Positions 34,474-45,155 of a stretch of 64,000 nucleotides of DNA are shown in pieces. The position numbers were made by a program, and so were the translations under genes. The first letter of the stretch is position 1. The number at the start of each line of letters is the position of its first letter. The stretch is from Pseudomonadota bacterium. Lineage in GTDB: Bacteria; SZUA-182; DTGQ01. The notes below the pieces were generated by a model. It was not told the DNA's origin and did not search any database. It saw only the letters and a list, made by a program, of their open reading frames with translations. The stretch covers positions 4,061 through 68,060 of the forward strand of contig DAOURK010000006.1 in assembly GCA_030625085.1 (NCBI GenBank). The letters run 5' to 3'.

Positions 34474-34757
34474 AACGTATCCTCCTCAGAAATTATTCGT
34501 CACCTTTGTGCTTTATGCCCAAGTAATCCACTGATAAACATCAATTGAAAAATATTACTCAGTGAAAAGGGGCTTTAGAAAATTTGATTCAGCTTACAAT
34601 TTTTATCGGCACAACCCTTTTTTCTCCTCATTTATGAATTTGGATTGATCTTTTTTTAATTATTTTGGTAAAAATAAGCTAAGACGTTTTCGGGTTAATG
34701 TAATATTGGTAAGGATTTAAGATTAACACCGGAGCAGAAACAGCCTTTATCCAAAAT

Positions 34758-35666
34758 TTATTCCGGATTCTGTATAGATTTTTTATTTTTTTTCTTATTG
34801 GGAGTTGTCAGTTGCAGACCGGCTAAATATTGGGCAAACTCTTTCCCTACATCTTGACTTTTCAAGGCAAATTCAACTGTGGCCTGCAAAAAACCTATTT
34901 TACTGCCGGCGTCGTATCGCTTCCCGGTAAATTCACAGGCATAAATAGCCTGGCGTTTAACTAATTCCTTTAGGCCGTTCGTGAGCTGGATTTCACCAGT
35001 TCGGTCTTTTTTTATATTTTTCAAGATGTCAAAAAGTTCGGGGGTCAGAATATATCGCCCAATGATGGCTAAATTAGAAGGGGCTTCATCGGGTCTTGGT
35101 TTTTCAACCATATCGAGAACTTGATAAATATTTTTTTCTAAATATCTGGGCTGGATAACTCCATATTTAGAAATATCATCATCAACTTTTTGTACGGCGA
35201 TTACTGAGCATTTATATCGATTATAAATATCAATCATTTGTTTTAAACAAGGGACCTCGGCATCGATAATATCATCTCCAAGCAACACAGCAAAGGGTTC
35301 ATTTCCTATGAGATCTTTGGCTATTAATATAGCGTGCCCCAGGCCGAGGGGCTCTTTTTGTCGTATGTAGCATATGTTTGCCATATTAGGGATAAGCTGC
35401 ATTTGTTTCAGAATATTATGTTTGCCTCTTTTTTCCAGTTCATGCTCAAGTTCAAAGGATATATCAAAAAAATCTTCTATTGCCCGTTTTCCTCGGCCAG
35501 TGATAATGGTAATATGTTCTATCCCGGAAGAAACGGCTTCCTCAACAACATATTGGATCATTGGTTTGTCAACCAGAGGTAACATTTCTTTTGGGGAAGA
35601 TTTGGTTGCGGGAAGAAATCGGGTTCCCAGGCCTGCTGCTGGGAAAATGGCTTTTTTTATGCTCAT
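34758..35666 (-). CDS. galU: UTP--glucose-1-phosphate uridylyltransferase
   Basis: KAIFPAAGLGTRFLPATK...EMLP motif. Start chosen at the internal Met (MSIKK). Confidence 0.85.
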   Translation of the reverse strand: MSIKKAIFPAAGLGTRFLPATKSSPKEMLPLVDKPMIQYVVEEAVSSGIEHITIITGRGKRAIEDFFDISFELEHELEKRGKHNILKQMQLIPNMANICYIRQKEPLGLGHAILIAKDLIGNEPFAVLLGDDIIDAEVPCLKQMIDIYNRYKCSVIAVQKVDDDISKYGVIQPRYLEKNIYQVLDMVEKPRPDEAPSNLAIIGRYILTPELFDILKNIKKDRTGEIQLTNGLKELVKRQAIYACEFTGKRYDAGSKIGFLQATVEFALKSQDVGKEFAQYLAGLQLTTPNKKKNKKSIQNPE

Positions 35667-35929
35667 TGGATACGTCCTTTTCCTTAATAGATTTGCATTA
35701 CCCAAAAACTAAATTATATAGCCGAATAAGTAAAATTTTATAGTATAGAAAAGGATTCAAGAAGTCAAGAATCCTATCTTAAAATCGTCGTTTTGGCAAT
35801 CCTGATACGGTTTGCTGAGAAATTAAGGTGTGGCTTTTGTCAAGTGAAATTTAGGTCTATTCAAGAACCCGCTCTGCGCAAAAATTTTTTCCGAAGACGG
35901 GCGTTTTTTTATATAATCAGAGAAGCAGG

Positions 35930-36520
35930 TTAATGAAGAATTTTGGCAAAACGGTTCCATCTAACCCAGTGACTGTCGGAATTCCAAGACCAATAAATGA
36001 TAAAAGCCCTCCCTTTAATTAAATCTTCTTTTAATAGACCCCAAAATCGACTATCAAGGCTGCAGTCACGGTTATCCCCCATCATAAAGAAGTACCCTTC
36101 AGGGATAGTAATGGGGCCGAAATTGTCTCGATTGACCGGAACATAAATGGAATCATCGGCGCCTTGGTGAATAGTATAGGGTTCAGTGAGAGATTTTTCA
36201 TTAATATATACTTTTTTATCGCGAATTTCTAAAGTATCTCCAGGTAATCCAATAAGTCGTTTAATAAAGTCTCGAGAGGGATCTTTGGGGTATTTAAAAA
36301 CTATGATATCTTCTCGTTTCGGTTTTCCAAATCGGTAAATAAATTTGTTGACTAAGATATGATCGCCGATTTGTAAGGTGGGAAGCATAGATCCTGAAGG
36401 GATTTTAAAGGCCTGCACAACATAACTGCGAATGAAAAGGGCCAATATAACGGCGATGATAATCGCTTCACCGTATTCTCGATAGATTGATTTTTTATTA
36501 ATCGATTTTTCTTTATTCAC
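35930..36520 (-). CDS. lepB: Signal peptidase I
   Basis: GSMLPTL, the box with K, and the GDNRDCSLDSR motif. Confidence 0.9.
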   Translation of the reverse strand: MNKEKSINKKSIYREYGEAIIIAVILALFIRSYVVQAFKIPSGSMLPTLQIGDHILVNKFIYRFGKPKREDIIVFKYPKDPSRDFIKRLIGLPGDTLEIRDKKVYINEKSLTEPYTIHQGADDSIYVPVNRDNFGPITIPEGYFFMMGDNRDCSLDSRFWGLLKEDLIKGRAFIIYWSWNSDSHWVRWNRFAKILH

Positions 36521-36942
36521 AAAAATATTGTTGTTTTATAAGACGGTTTTCTAAATGTCTATCTTTCCGGCATATTGTGTTCAAAGAGTCTATCCAACTT
36601 ACAAGAACCATTAAATGATTTTTTTATTTTAACTATGACCAATTGGTTTGTCAAGAGTATACCACCCCGGGGGAAAAATATTTGACAGGACAAGAGGATA
36701 AACAAGATATAAATCCAGACTGCTATCCTGTCTAAAAATAGTTAATTGCACTGATGGAAAAAATTGTTTTTGTGCTGAGCTTACACGAATTTTAAAACAG
36801 GTTTTGATTTTTAGTGATAGGCTGCCTAGCATGAGTAAAATTCTTAGAATGAGCGTTATTTTATCTAACAATCAACAAAGAATAAATAGATCGGAAATAT
36901 AGTAGATTATCATTGTTGATATATAAAAGTAGTATTTTTATT

Positions 36943-36971
36943 GACAAAAATAGAACGAAGTATTATTATGA
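36943..36971 (+). promoter_or_regulatory. Sigma70-like promoter (TTGACA-17nt-TATTAT) about 225 nt upstream of the iclR start, implying a long leader
   Basis: Sequence match only. Confidence 0.35.
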
Positions 36972-37196
36972 ACGTTTATCCTTCGGAGATAATCTCGAGG
37001 GCTCGTGAAATTAGATCGCTTAGCCTAAAATGAGAATATTAAGCTATGAATGTTACAGGGGTTATTATGCGAACTTCAGGGAATAGCGTTTGTTCCTAAA
37101 AAAGGTTATGGTAAGCGACGATACATTATAACTTATTGAAATATCATGAATTATCGAGGTTGTTTGATCATAGTTTTTCATAAAGGATTGTAATTC

Positions 37197-37991
37197 GTGC
37201 CTAAGAAGCAATTTTCCGAATATTTAATTCAATCTGTTTTACATGCCTTTGATGTTTTAAATATTTTTATTGTAAGTAATGTAAAAGAACTCGGAGTAAC
37301 GGATCTAAGTAAACGTATGAGATTACCGAAAAATAATGTCTTTCGTCTACTTTCTACTCTTTGTCATCAAGGTTATATTGAACAGAACGTAATGACCGGA
37401 AATTATCGGCTTGGGCTGAAATGTTTTGAGTTGGGGCAAGCTTTCTGGAGAAGAATGGGATTGGTCACCCAGGCTCATGATATTTTGGATTCCTTGGCTC
37501 TTAAAACCCTGGAAACCGTTTATTTATCCGTTTATGATAGTGGAGAAATTATTTATATTGATATGGTAGAAACCCCTCGCCCGGTAAGGATTATACCTAT
37601 GTTAGGGCGAAGAGCCCCCTTGTTTTGTACTTCCGCCGGAAAAGTTCAGGTTGCCTATAGATCGGTAGAAGAAATTCGTAAGTTACTCAAAGATATAGGA
37701 TTGAAACCCTATACAAAAAATACGATTGTTTTAGATGTTGAAATGCTGCAGCATTTGGAAGTGGTGCGGCGGCAAGGCTATGCTTTAGATAAAGAGGAAT
37801 ATGAAGAGGATGTGATATGTCTGGCTGCTCCTATTTATGATTATACGGAAAATGTAGTAGCAGGCATATGTATTTCGGGGCCTATTCAGAGAATGTCTGA
37901 TGAGAGATTAGAGACGGAACTCATTCCCTTAGTCAAAAAGGTGGCAGTGAAAATTTCTCAGCGCTTGGGGTATGGTACAACTCCCGATTAA
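37197..37991 (+). CDS. IclR family transcriptional regulator
   Basis: N-terminal wHTH (LSKRMRLPKNNVFRLLSTL) and an IclR effector domain. GTG start. Confidence 0.8.
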   Translation: MPKKQFSEYLIQSVLHAFDVLNIFIVSNVKELGVTDLSKRMRLPKNNVFRLLSTLCHQGYIEQNVMTGNYRLGLKCFELGQAFWRRMGLVTQAHDILDSLALKTLETVYLSVYDSGEIIYIDMVETPRPVRIIPMLGRRAPLFCTSAGKVQVAYRSVEEIRKLLKDIGLKPYTKNTIVLDVEMLQHLEVVRRQGYALDKEEYEEDVICLAAPIYDYTENVVAGICISGPIQRMSDERLETELIPLVKKVAVKISQRLGYGTTPD

Positions 37992-38256
37992 ATGAATGGC
38001 GCTGGAATCCCTATTTTTTATGTGGCTTCCCAGCGATTTTTTTACCATGAAAATGCATTTTGAAAAACATGCTTTACTGATGGATTTTTCATCCTCGGGG
38101 GTGAACAACTTGTTCATGAGCGTTTAGACAGGATTGAAGAGGATAAAAAGAAAAATCTAGTAAATCCTGTTTAATTTAACGGGGTTGGCGGGGAGCGTAT
38201 AACGAGCTGCAAGAGGAGTTTTTTTGCGTGAGTGATAAGGCAAGAGGAGTTTTAAG

Positions 38257-39048
38257 GTGAAAATCGCGGTCACTGGCAAAGGAGGAGTGGGTAAAACAAC
38301 GGTAGCCGCCATTTTAGCCAGGCTCTATTCTCATCAGGGTGATTTTGTGCTGGCAGTTGATGCCGATCCTGACGCAAACCTGGCTTCTGCCATTGGCTTT
38401 TCAGAATTGGAAATTTCAAAAATACAACCTCTCAGCTCTTTGTCTTCTTTTATTGAAGAGCGAACCGGGGCTCGTCCCGGGGCAGGAGGCGGCTTTTTTA
38501 AAATAAACCCTCGGGTTGATGATGTGGTGGATCGTTTTGGTATTCAATTTGAAAATATCCGCTTGATCTCTATTGGTAAACCCAAACCGGGAGGCACTGG
38601 TTGTTATTGTCCGGAAAATGTTTTTATTAAGAGTTTGGTTACCCATCTTATTTTAAAAAAAGATGAGATGTTGATTGTGGACATGGAAGCGGGTATTGAA
38701 CATCTGGGGAGGGGAACGGCGAAAGCGGTAGATGCTCTTTTAATTGTGGTAGAACCGGGAAAAAGGAGCCTTCAGACAGCGAAAGAAATTCGCAAATTAG
38801 CTTTAGATTTAGGGATACTCAGGGTATTTTTAGTGGCCAATAAGCTGCATCATACGCAGGACGAAGATTTTTTCAGAAAAAATTTATCGGATTTTGAGAT
38901 TATTGGTTTTTTACCCTTTGACAAAGCCTTGATTGAAGCGGATACAAACGGACAAGCTCCTTTCCCTACATGCCGGAGGGTGATACAAGAAATAGAAAAA
39001 ATAAAACACTTTTTAGATACAAACTCACAGATGAGTGAAGATAAATAA
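38257..39048 (+). CDS. cooC: CODH nickel-insertion accessory ATPase CooC (MinD/ParA family)
   Basis: GKGGVGKTT Walker A and the CooC-signature GCYCPEN (CxC) motif. Confidence 0.85.
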   Translation: MKIAVTGKGGVGKTTVAAILARLYSHQGDFVLAVDADPDANLASAIGFSELEISKIQPLSSLSSFIEERTGARPGAGGGFFKINPRVDDVVDRFGIQFENIRLISIGKPKPGGTGCYCPENVFIKSLVTHLILKKDEMLIVDMEAGIEHLGRGTAKAVDALLIVVEPGKRSLQTAKEIRKLALDLGILRVFLVANKLHHTQDEDFFRKNLSDFEIIGFLPFDKALIEADTNGQAPFPTCRRVIQEIEKIKHFLDTNSQMSEDK

Positions 39049-39049
39049 A

Positions 39050-39613
39050 ATGGCTATTGATAAGAAAAAGATAGAAAAAGGGGTCAAGCTGATTTTGGAG
39101 GGCATTGGTATTGAAGATTGGCAAGGGGTACAAAATACGCCCCTTCGGATTGGGGAAATGTATGAAGAAATTTTTGCCGGTTTGAATCAGGATCCTCGAC
39201 AAATTATTTCTCCCATTAAGGGAGAGGAATATGACGAAATGGTACTGGTCCGGGAAATTCCTTTTTATTCAATGTGCGAGCATCATCTTTTGCCTTTTTT
39301 TGGAGAGGCGCATATTGCCTATTTACCTAAAAGGGGAGAAATTGTTGGTGTAAGTAAATTGGCTAAAATTTTAGATGTTTTGGCCAAAAGGCCGCAACTG
39401 CAAGAGCGTTTAACCAAGGAATTGGTTGATATTATTATGGATGGATTGGAGCCGATAGGGGCAATGGTAGTGATTCAGGCTGAGCATTTATGCATGTCCA
39501 TGCGAGGAGTAAAAAAATCTCAGGCTAAAGTAATAACTTCTGCAGTGCGGGGGGCTTTTCGAAGTAATCCAAAAACAAGGATGGAGATGTTGGAATTGAT
39601 TCATAAACGATAA
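39050..39613 (+). CDS. folE: GTP cyclohydrolase I
   Basis: FolE motifs (EMV...[12 protein letters not shown]...VIQAEHLCM). An alternative GTG start exists at 39035. Confidence 0.85.
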   Translation: MAIDKKKIEKGVKLILEGIGIEDWQGVQNTPLRIGEMYEEIFAGLNQDPRQIISPIKGEEYDEMVLVREIPFYSMCEHHLLPFFGEAHIAYLPKRGEIVGVSKLAKILDVLAKRPQLQERLTKELVDIIMDGLEPIGAMVVIQAEHLCMSMRGVKKSQAKVITSAVRGAFRSNPKTRMEMLELIHKR

Positions 39614-39656
39614 ATTTTGTTGGCCATAGTTTTCTCAAAAGCTAAGGAGGATTATC

Positions 39657-40040
39657 ATGACCGGAAATAGGTATTTTAATAAAGAGCATTTATGGGTTAA
39701 GGTAGACGGGAATGAGGTGACGATTGGACTTAGCGACCATGCCCAGCAAGAACTAGGAGATATTTTATTGGTGGAGCCTTCCGGATTGGACACAGAAATA
39801 GAACAATCGGCTTCTTTTGGTCAGGTCGAATCTGCCAAGGCTGTGTCGGATTTGATATCACCTGTGAGTGGTACTGTTATTGAAGTTAATGAATCATTAG
39901 AGGATGAACCTGAGTTGATTAATGAAGATCCTTATGAAAAGGGATGGATTATCAAATTAGATTTGAAGGATGTCAAGGAATTGGATAATTTAATGGGCGA
40001 AGATGAATATACACGATACCTTCAAGAAGAACTGGATTAA
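39657..40040 (+). CDS. gcvH: Glycine cleavage H-protein-like lipoyl carrier
   Basis: Lipoyl-lysine region SAKAVSDLISPVSGTV and GcvH fold-typical sequence. Confidence 0.8.
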   Translation: MTGNRYFNKEHLWVKVDGNEVTIGLSDHAQQELGDILLVEPSGLDTEIEQSASFGQVESAKAVSDLISPVSGTVIEVNESLEDEPELINEDPYEKGWIIKLDLKDVKELDNLMGEDEYTRYLQEELD

Positions 40041-40042
40041 TA

Positions 40043-40705
40043 ATGATTATTAGTCAACAAAAACCCTTTGAAGAAATTTTGACCATTCTTGGTGAAAAGA
40101 AAAGGGTTTTTCTTATAGGCTGTAGTTTATGCGCCACCCTTTGCCAGAGCGGCGGGGAGGAGCAGGTTATAGAAATGAAGGAGCGCCTTATTGGTGAGGG
40201 TAAGGAGGTTTCCGGGCATGTCGTTATCGAGGCGGTTTGTCATATCTTGAACAGTAAAAAAGAATTAGCCGCTCATAAGGCTGCATTAAAAGAAACCGAT
40301 GCTGTTTTAGTAATGGCTTGTGGGGCAGGCGTGCAAACAGTAACCGAACTAAAGAAAATTCCTGTTATGGCGGCATTGGACACGCTTTTTTTAGGTAATG
40401 TGAAACGCTTTGGCCAATTTGAAGAGCGATGTTCTTTATGTGGTGAATGCATATTAAATAAAACAGGTGGAATTTGTCCGGTGACAACTTGTTCTAAGGG
40501 ATTATTGAATGGTCCTTGTGGGGGAATGCATGATGGTAAATGTGAAATAGATCCGGAGCGTGATTGTGCCTGGGTTAAAATTTACGACCGTTTGGAAGAA
40601 TTGGGTCAACTGGAAACCTTTGAAGAAATTTTTGCACTCAAGGATTATTCAAAAGGAATTAAACCAAAGGCGCTGATATTGGAAAGAGGAAAGAAAGTAC
40701 TATGA
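40043..40705 (+). CDS. metV: Methylene-THF reductase small subunit MetV (zinc-ribbon/FeS)
   Basis: Cys-rich C-terminal half (CSLCGECIL...CP...CGGMHDGKC) resembling MetV of acetogens, immediately upstream of metF. Confidence 0.7.
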   Translation: MIISQQKPFEEILTILGEKKRVFLIGCSLCATLCQSGGEEQVIEMKERLIGEGKEVSGHVVIEAVCHILNSKKELAAHKAALKETDAVLVMACGAGVQTVTELKKIPVMAALDTLFLGNVKRFGQFEERCSLCGECILNKTGGICPVTTCSKGLLNGPCGGMHDGKCEIDPERDCAWVKIYDRLEELGQLETFEEIFALKDYSKGIKPKALILERGKKVL

Positions 40706-41598
40706 ATTTTCAGCAAAGCTTGACCCAAAATCAGTTTACCATTACTACTGAAATTGGTCCGCCAAAGGGTACTGACACCTCGGAAATGCTGGCTCAGGCA
40801 AGTAAAATCAAAGACAGAGTACACGCTATGAATGTTACTGATAATCAAAGTTCCATTATGAGATTAGGTTCTTTGGCTGCTTGTCATTTACTGAAAGAAC
40901 AAGGTATTGATCCAATATATCAATTAACCTGTCGGGATAGGAATCGTCTGGCGCTACAATCCGATTTGTTGAGCGCCAGTGCTTTGGGTCTTAGGAATGT
41001 TCTTGCCTTGACAGGGGATCATCCCCAGGTAGGTGATCACCCTCAAGCCAAACCGGTTTTTGATGTGGATTCAACCCAGCTTTTACAAATCATCGGACGA
41101 CTCAATGAGGGAAGGGACCTTTCCACACAATTTATGAATAAACCCTTGACGGAGGGCACAGCCTTGAAGGGGAAAACAGACCTTTTTCCGGGGGCTGTAG
41201 TTTGCCCTGAGGCAAATCCCATAAAACCGCAATTATTGAGATTTTCCAAGAAAGTTGTCGCCGGGGCAAAATTTTTTCAAACTCAGGCTATCTATGATTT
41301 TGAAAAGTTTGAAAATTTTATGAAATATGCTAGGGACCTGGGCGCCAAGATTTTAGCCGGCATTCTTCTTTTGCGCTCTGCCGGTATGGCTAGATATCTT
41401 AATAAGAATGTTCCGGGAATAATGGTGCCGGACCATCTAATAAAGGAAATGGAATCCTCCGCTCATCCTCTGGAAACAGGGATCAAAATTGCTGCACGTC
41501 AGATCAGCCAATTAAAGGGCATATGTAACGGAGTGCATATTATGGCCATCGGACTGGAGGATAAAGTTTTGGATATTCTTGATGAAGCAGGAATTTAA
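40702..41598 (+). CDS. metF: 5,10-methylenetetrahydrofolate reductase
   Basis: MTHFR TIM-barrel motifs (TCRDRNR...LTGDHP). Confidence 0.85.
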   Translation: MNFQQSLTQNQFTITTEIGPPKGTDTSEMLAQASKIKDRVHAMNVTDNQSSIMRLGSLAACHLLKEQGIDPIYQLTCRDRNRLALQSDLLSASALGLRNVLALTGDHPQVGDHPQAKPVFDVDSTQLLQIIGRLNEGRDLSTQFMNKPLTEGTALKGKTDLFPGAVVCPEANPIKPQLLRFSKKVVAGAKFFQTQAIYDFEKFENFMKYARDLGAKILAGILLLRSAGMARYLNKNVPGIMVPDHLIKEMESSAHPLETGIKIAARQISQLKGICNGVHIMAIGLEDKVLDILDEAGI

Positions 41599-41757
41599 GC
41601 TCAAAAAGCAAGGGTTAGAAATAGATATTTAGATTTGTCAGCGCGGGAAGCGAGCTTTACTTAAAAAACAAGTAGACTTTGTGTTAAAAAAGAGTAAAAT
41701 TGGGTAATAAACCTAACCATGATATACTATTAGCTTCTCTTTAAGGAGGTTGAGAAC

Positions 41758-43032
41758 TTGAACGATCAGGATCAAGCCATTGTTATCGGTGGTGGGATAA
41801 CAGGGGTTACCTCGGCCCTTGCTTTAGCTGATAACGGATATAAGGTTTCTATTATTGAAAAAAGCGCCGGCATTGGTGGGCATGCCATGCAGTTTTGCTG
41901 TAAGGCTACTGATCAGTGTAACAGTTGTGGGGTTTGTCTGGCTAAAGATAAAATCATGAAAGCGGCATCTCATCCAGGCATCCATATTTTAACCAACACA
42001 GAGGTAATAGGAGTAGAAGGAGAAGAGCCTCATTTTCAGGTTGAGGTCTTAAAGACACCACGGTTCATTGATGAATATAAATGTATTGCTTGTTCATTGT
42101 GCTATCAAAATTGTCCCAAACCGGGAGAAGCCATTGACCGTCCTTATTTATATTCTGTGCCGAATGCTTTTTACATTAATAAAGAACACTGTTTATACTT
42201 CCAAAAAGGGGAAGAGTGTACTATTTGTGAAGAAAATTGTCCGGCCGGGGCTATCTTTTTTGATCAACAAGAAGAGCGCCATATATTAAAAGCCTCAGCT
42301 ATAATTGTAGCTACCGGGTTTGAAGTATATGATGCCAGAAAAAAAGGATATCTTGGCTATGGGCGTTTTCCGGAGGTGATTTCAGGGCTTGATCTTGAAC
42401 AAAGATTGTTGATGGGTGAAGATACGATAATTTCCAAATCTTCGCCGGGAGGAAAGCCCCGCGTAGCTTTTATTCAATGTGTCGGCTCTCGAGACCCTCA
42501 TATCAGCCATGACTATTGTTCCCGGGTCTGTTGTAAATATGCGGCGCGGATGGCGGCTAAACTGAAATCGAAATGTGATGAAATAGATCTGACCATTTTT
42601 TATATTGATCTTCAGAAAACGGAAAGAGATTTTTTAGCCTTGGTTGAAAGCTTAAAAGAAAATATTCGGTTGGTTAAGGGACTGCCGGTAAAAATCGAAA
42701 AAGCCGAGGATTCCGGAGTAACAATGCGGTATGAAAATATTGATCGAGGATGTATGGAGAGGGAGTCTTTTGATTTGGTTGTGTTATCAGTAGGAATCAG
42801 TCCCTCTGTCGAAAATCAGTCTTTAGCCGGATTGTTGGGTATAAATATTGACGCGAATGGATTTTTCGCTTCAGTCGATTTAATGGATTCTACCATTAGT
42901 TCTCGGAGAGGAATTTTTCTAGCTGGCACCTGCCAGGGGCCAAAGAATCTTATTGAATCTATTTCCCACGGTCAGGAGGCGGCTTTGAGAACACTTGCTT
43001 TAATGAAGGGGCTAGGTGTAAACAATGGATAA
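41758..43032 (+). CDS. hdrA: HdrA-like flavoprotein (FAD thioredoxin-reductase-like domain with inserted 2x[4Fe-4S] ferredoxin)
   Basis: GGGITG Rossmann motif, CIACSLCYQNCP and CTICEENCP cluster motifs, FIQCVGSRD...YCSRVCC. TTG start with AAGGAGG. Confidence 0.75.
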   Translation: MNDQDQAIVIGGGITGVTSALALADNGYKVSIIEKSAGIGGHAMQFCCKATDQCNSCGVCLAKDKIMKAASHPGIHILTNTEVIGVEGEEPHFQVEVLKTPRFIDEYKCIACSLCYQNCPKPGEAIDRPYLYSVPNAFYINKEHCLYFQKGEECTICEENCPAGAIFFDQQEERHILKASAIIVATGFEVYDARKKGYLGYGRFPEVISGLDLEQRLLMGEDTIISKSSPGGKPRVAFIQCVGSRDPHISHDYCSRVCCKYAARMAAKLKSKCDEIDLTIFYIDLQKTERDFLALVESLKENIRLVKGLPVKIEKAEDSGVTMRYENIDRGCMERESFDLVVLSVGISPSVENQSLAGLLGINIDANGFFASVDLMDSTISSRRGIFLAGTCQGPKNLIESISHGQEAALRTLALMKGLGVNNG

Positions 43033-44737
43033 TCAGGTGAAAATAGGGGTATTCTTCTGTGCGTGCGGCCATATTATGAATGACTATTTTGATATGAAGG
43101 CCTTGCTTGATTATGCCGGTAGAATTCCCGGGGTAACCTATGTTGATGAAAATCGGTTTTTATGTACGAGGAGTGGGTTTGATTGGCTGAAGACTAAGAT
43201 TGCCAACACAGGCTGTAATCGAGTGATTATTGTTGGTTGCTCACCACATCTCTATGAACAAAGCTTTATGAAAGTAGTGGAAGAAGCGGGCCTGAATAAA
43301 TATTTTTTGAGCATAGCCAATATTAGAGAGGGATGTGCCTGGGTGTGCCGGGAAAAGGAAAATCTTATGTCCCGGGCCAGACGGATTATAGCCGCAGCCG
43401 TCCAGCGAGTGAGCTTTGCTAAGCCGGTGGAAAAGGTTCGAAAAAATATAAATAGGTCGGCTTTAGTGATCGGAGCGGGGCTTACCGGTATTCAAACAGC
43501 CCTGGAATTGCAACGGTTAGGGATTAAGCCAATACTCATTGAGAAAAAAACCCAGGTAAGTCGAAAGAACCCCCCCTTCTTTATCCCCTGCATAGAGGGT
43601 ATCAATGAACAAGAGATGTTTTCTGCGAAGATTAAAGAGCTTCGGGATAGTAAAATAGAGCTTTTAACCTCTACAGAAGTGAAGGAAGTGAGAGGAAATG
43701 TTGGGTCATTTCAGGTTACCTTGGATACAATGGGGCAAGAAAAAGCGCTGGAAGTGGGCGCTGTTGTTGTCAGTACGGGGGACCAAAGACAGGCAGCAGA
43801 GAGGATACATAATTTGCCGAATTCCCGCCGGATTGTCAGTTTATCCCAATTACGCAATATGTTTGATTTTGAGAGAAGGACCTTGGAGCGGATGTTGGTT
43901 ACTCCGGATAAACGTACTAAATATGCCTGTTTTATTCTTGGGGATTCTGAAAGTTTTACTAAAACAAATACCATTATGGCCCTTAATGAAGCCATTTTTT
44001 TAAAGGAGCAATTCAAAGCGGAAATTGTGATTGCAGCAAAAGACATAACCGTTTCAGGAACAGAACTGGAGCCTCTTTATCGACAGGCCAGACAAAAGGG
44101 GGTTTTGTTTTATCGGTACTCGCAAGATTCATTGCCGGAAATCAGCCTTGAAAAAGGAGTGATTATCGTTCGCTTGCATGATCCGGCTTTAACGGTGAAC
44201 GATGAAGAGAAGGCCGGTTATAATATTGCTGTTTCAAGTGACCTTCTGATACTTGAGGATGAAATTTTTCCCCATGAAGGGACAGATCGCCTGAAGGATA
44301 TTCTTGATATTAATGTGAATCAATGGGGATTTTTTCAAGAAAAGAATATTCATCTGAAACCGAACCTTTCTAATAAAAAAGGGATTTTTCTGGCCGGTGC
44401 TTGTCATGGGGAAGAGGATATTTACGAAACCCTTAATGATATTTGTTCAGTATCAATGGGGGTTTATTCTTATTTGTCTCAAGAATTTTTGGAGTTAGAG
44501 AAAAAGATAGATATTAATACTGATAAGTGTGTGTTATGTTTGACGTGTTTTCGTTCCTGTCCACACAGGGCAATTGAGATAGGGGATGTAGCTTCGGGCC
44601 AGAAACGAGGTGCAATGGTTAATGTTGAGGCGTGCCAGGGGTGTGGTATTTGTGTTGGAGAATGTCCGGCCAAGGCTATTGAAATGGTAACGTATTCAGA
44701 TAACCAGATTTTTTCCGAATTAACCTTTGAGGGGTAA
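43025..44737 (+). CDS. hdrA: HdrA-like protein (HdrA N-terminal Cys domain + FAD domain + C-terminal 2x[4Fe-4S])
   Basis: IGVFFCACGHI...VGCSPH N-domain, GAGLTG Rossmann motif, C-terminal CVLCLTCFRSCP / CQGCGICVGECP. Overlaps the upstream ORF by 8 nt. Confidence 0.7.
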   Translation: MDNQVKIGVFFCACGHIMNDYFDMKALLDYAGRIPGVTYVDENRFLCTRSGFDWLKTKIANTGCNRVIIVGCSPHLYEQSFMKVVEEAGLNKYFLSIANIREGCAWVCREKENLMSRARRIIAAAVQRVSFAKPVEKVRKNINRSALVIGAGLTGIQTALELQRLGIKPILIEKKTQVSRKNPPFFIPCIEGINEQEMFSAKIKELRDSKIELLTSTEVKEVRGNVGSFQVTLDTMGQEKALEVGAVVVSTGDQRQAAERIHNLPNSRRIVSLSQLRNMFDFERRTLERMLVTPDKRTKYACFILGDSESFTKTNTIMALNEAIFLKEQFKAEIVIAAKDITVSGTELEPLYRQARQKGVLFYRYSQDSLPEISLEKGVIIVRLHDPALTVNDEEKAGYNIAVSSDLLILEDEIFPHEGTDRLKDILDINVNQWGFFQEKNIHLKPNLSNKKGIFLAGACHGEEDIYETLNDICSVSMGVYSYLSQEFLELEKKIDINTDKCVLCLTCFRSCPHRAIEIGDVASGQKRGAMVNVEACQGCGICVGECPAKAIEMVTYSDNQIFSELTFEG

Positions 44738-44741
44738 GAGA

Positions 44742-45155
44742 ATGGATTTTATGCCGGCCATAGTGGCTTTTTGTTGTGAAAATTCAGCTTTTCGGGCCGC
44801 AGATACAGCAGGGGCAAAACAGGAAGGATATCCTTCCAACATTAAGATCTGTCGGCTCCCTTGTTCTGGAAAACTAGAGATAAACTATATCTTAAGGGCT
44901 TTTGAAGAGGGCGCTGATGGAGTGTTTATTTTTGCCTGCCATCCGGACAGTTGTAAGTTTCTCAAAGGTAATGTGCGTGCCCAAAAAAGGGTTGAGCATA
45001 CCGGTGCTTTATTAGAAAAAATCGGCATTAAAAAAGAACGTTTGCGTTTTTTTTATTTGTCCGAATTAGAATGGACAAAATTTTTAGATTTAGTTCAGCA
45101 GGGTAATGAAAGCATTAAGGGCTTGGGGCCCTGTCCGACAAAGGTGAAAGTATGA
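44742..45155 (+). CDS. mvhD: MvhD-like (methyl-viologen-reducing hydrogenase delta subunit family) [2Fe-2S] protein
   Basis: IVAFCCENSA...RLPCSG...CHPDSC motifs. Confidence 0.8.
   Translation: MDFMPAIVAFCCENSAFRAADTAGAKQEGYPSNIKICRLPCSGKLEINYILRAFEEGADGVFIFACHPDSCKFLKGNVRAQKRVEHTGALLEKIGIKKERLRFFYLSELEWTKFLDLVQQGNESIKGLGPCPTKVKV

Noticed and set aside
35860-35910. Possible intrinsic terminator (GC stem + T7) on the plus strand
   Set aside because: Only a 4-bp stem could be paired convincingly, and there is no plus-strand gene upstream. Not supported.
36629-36871. 80-aa minus-strand ORF in the lepB-iclR spacer
   Set aside because: Low-complexity, Leu/Ser-rich translation with no RBS, lying in a promoter or leader region. 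Probably non-coding.
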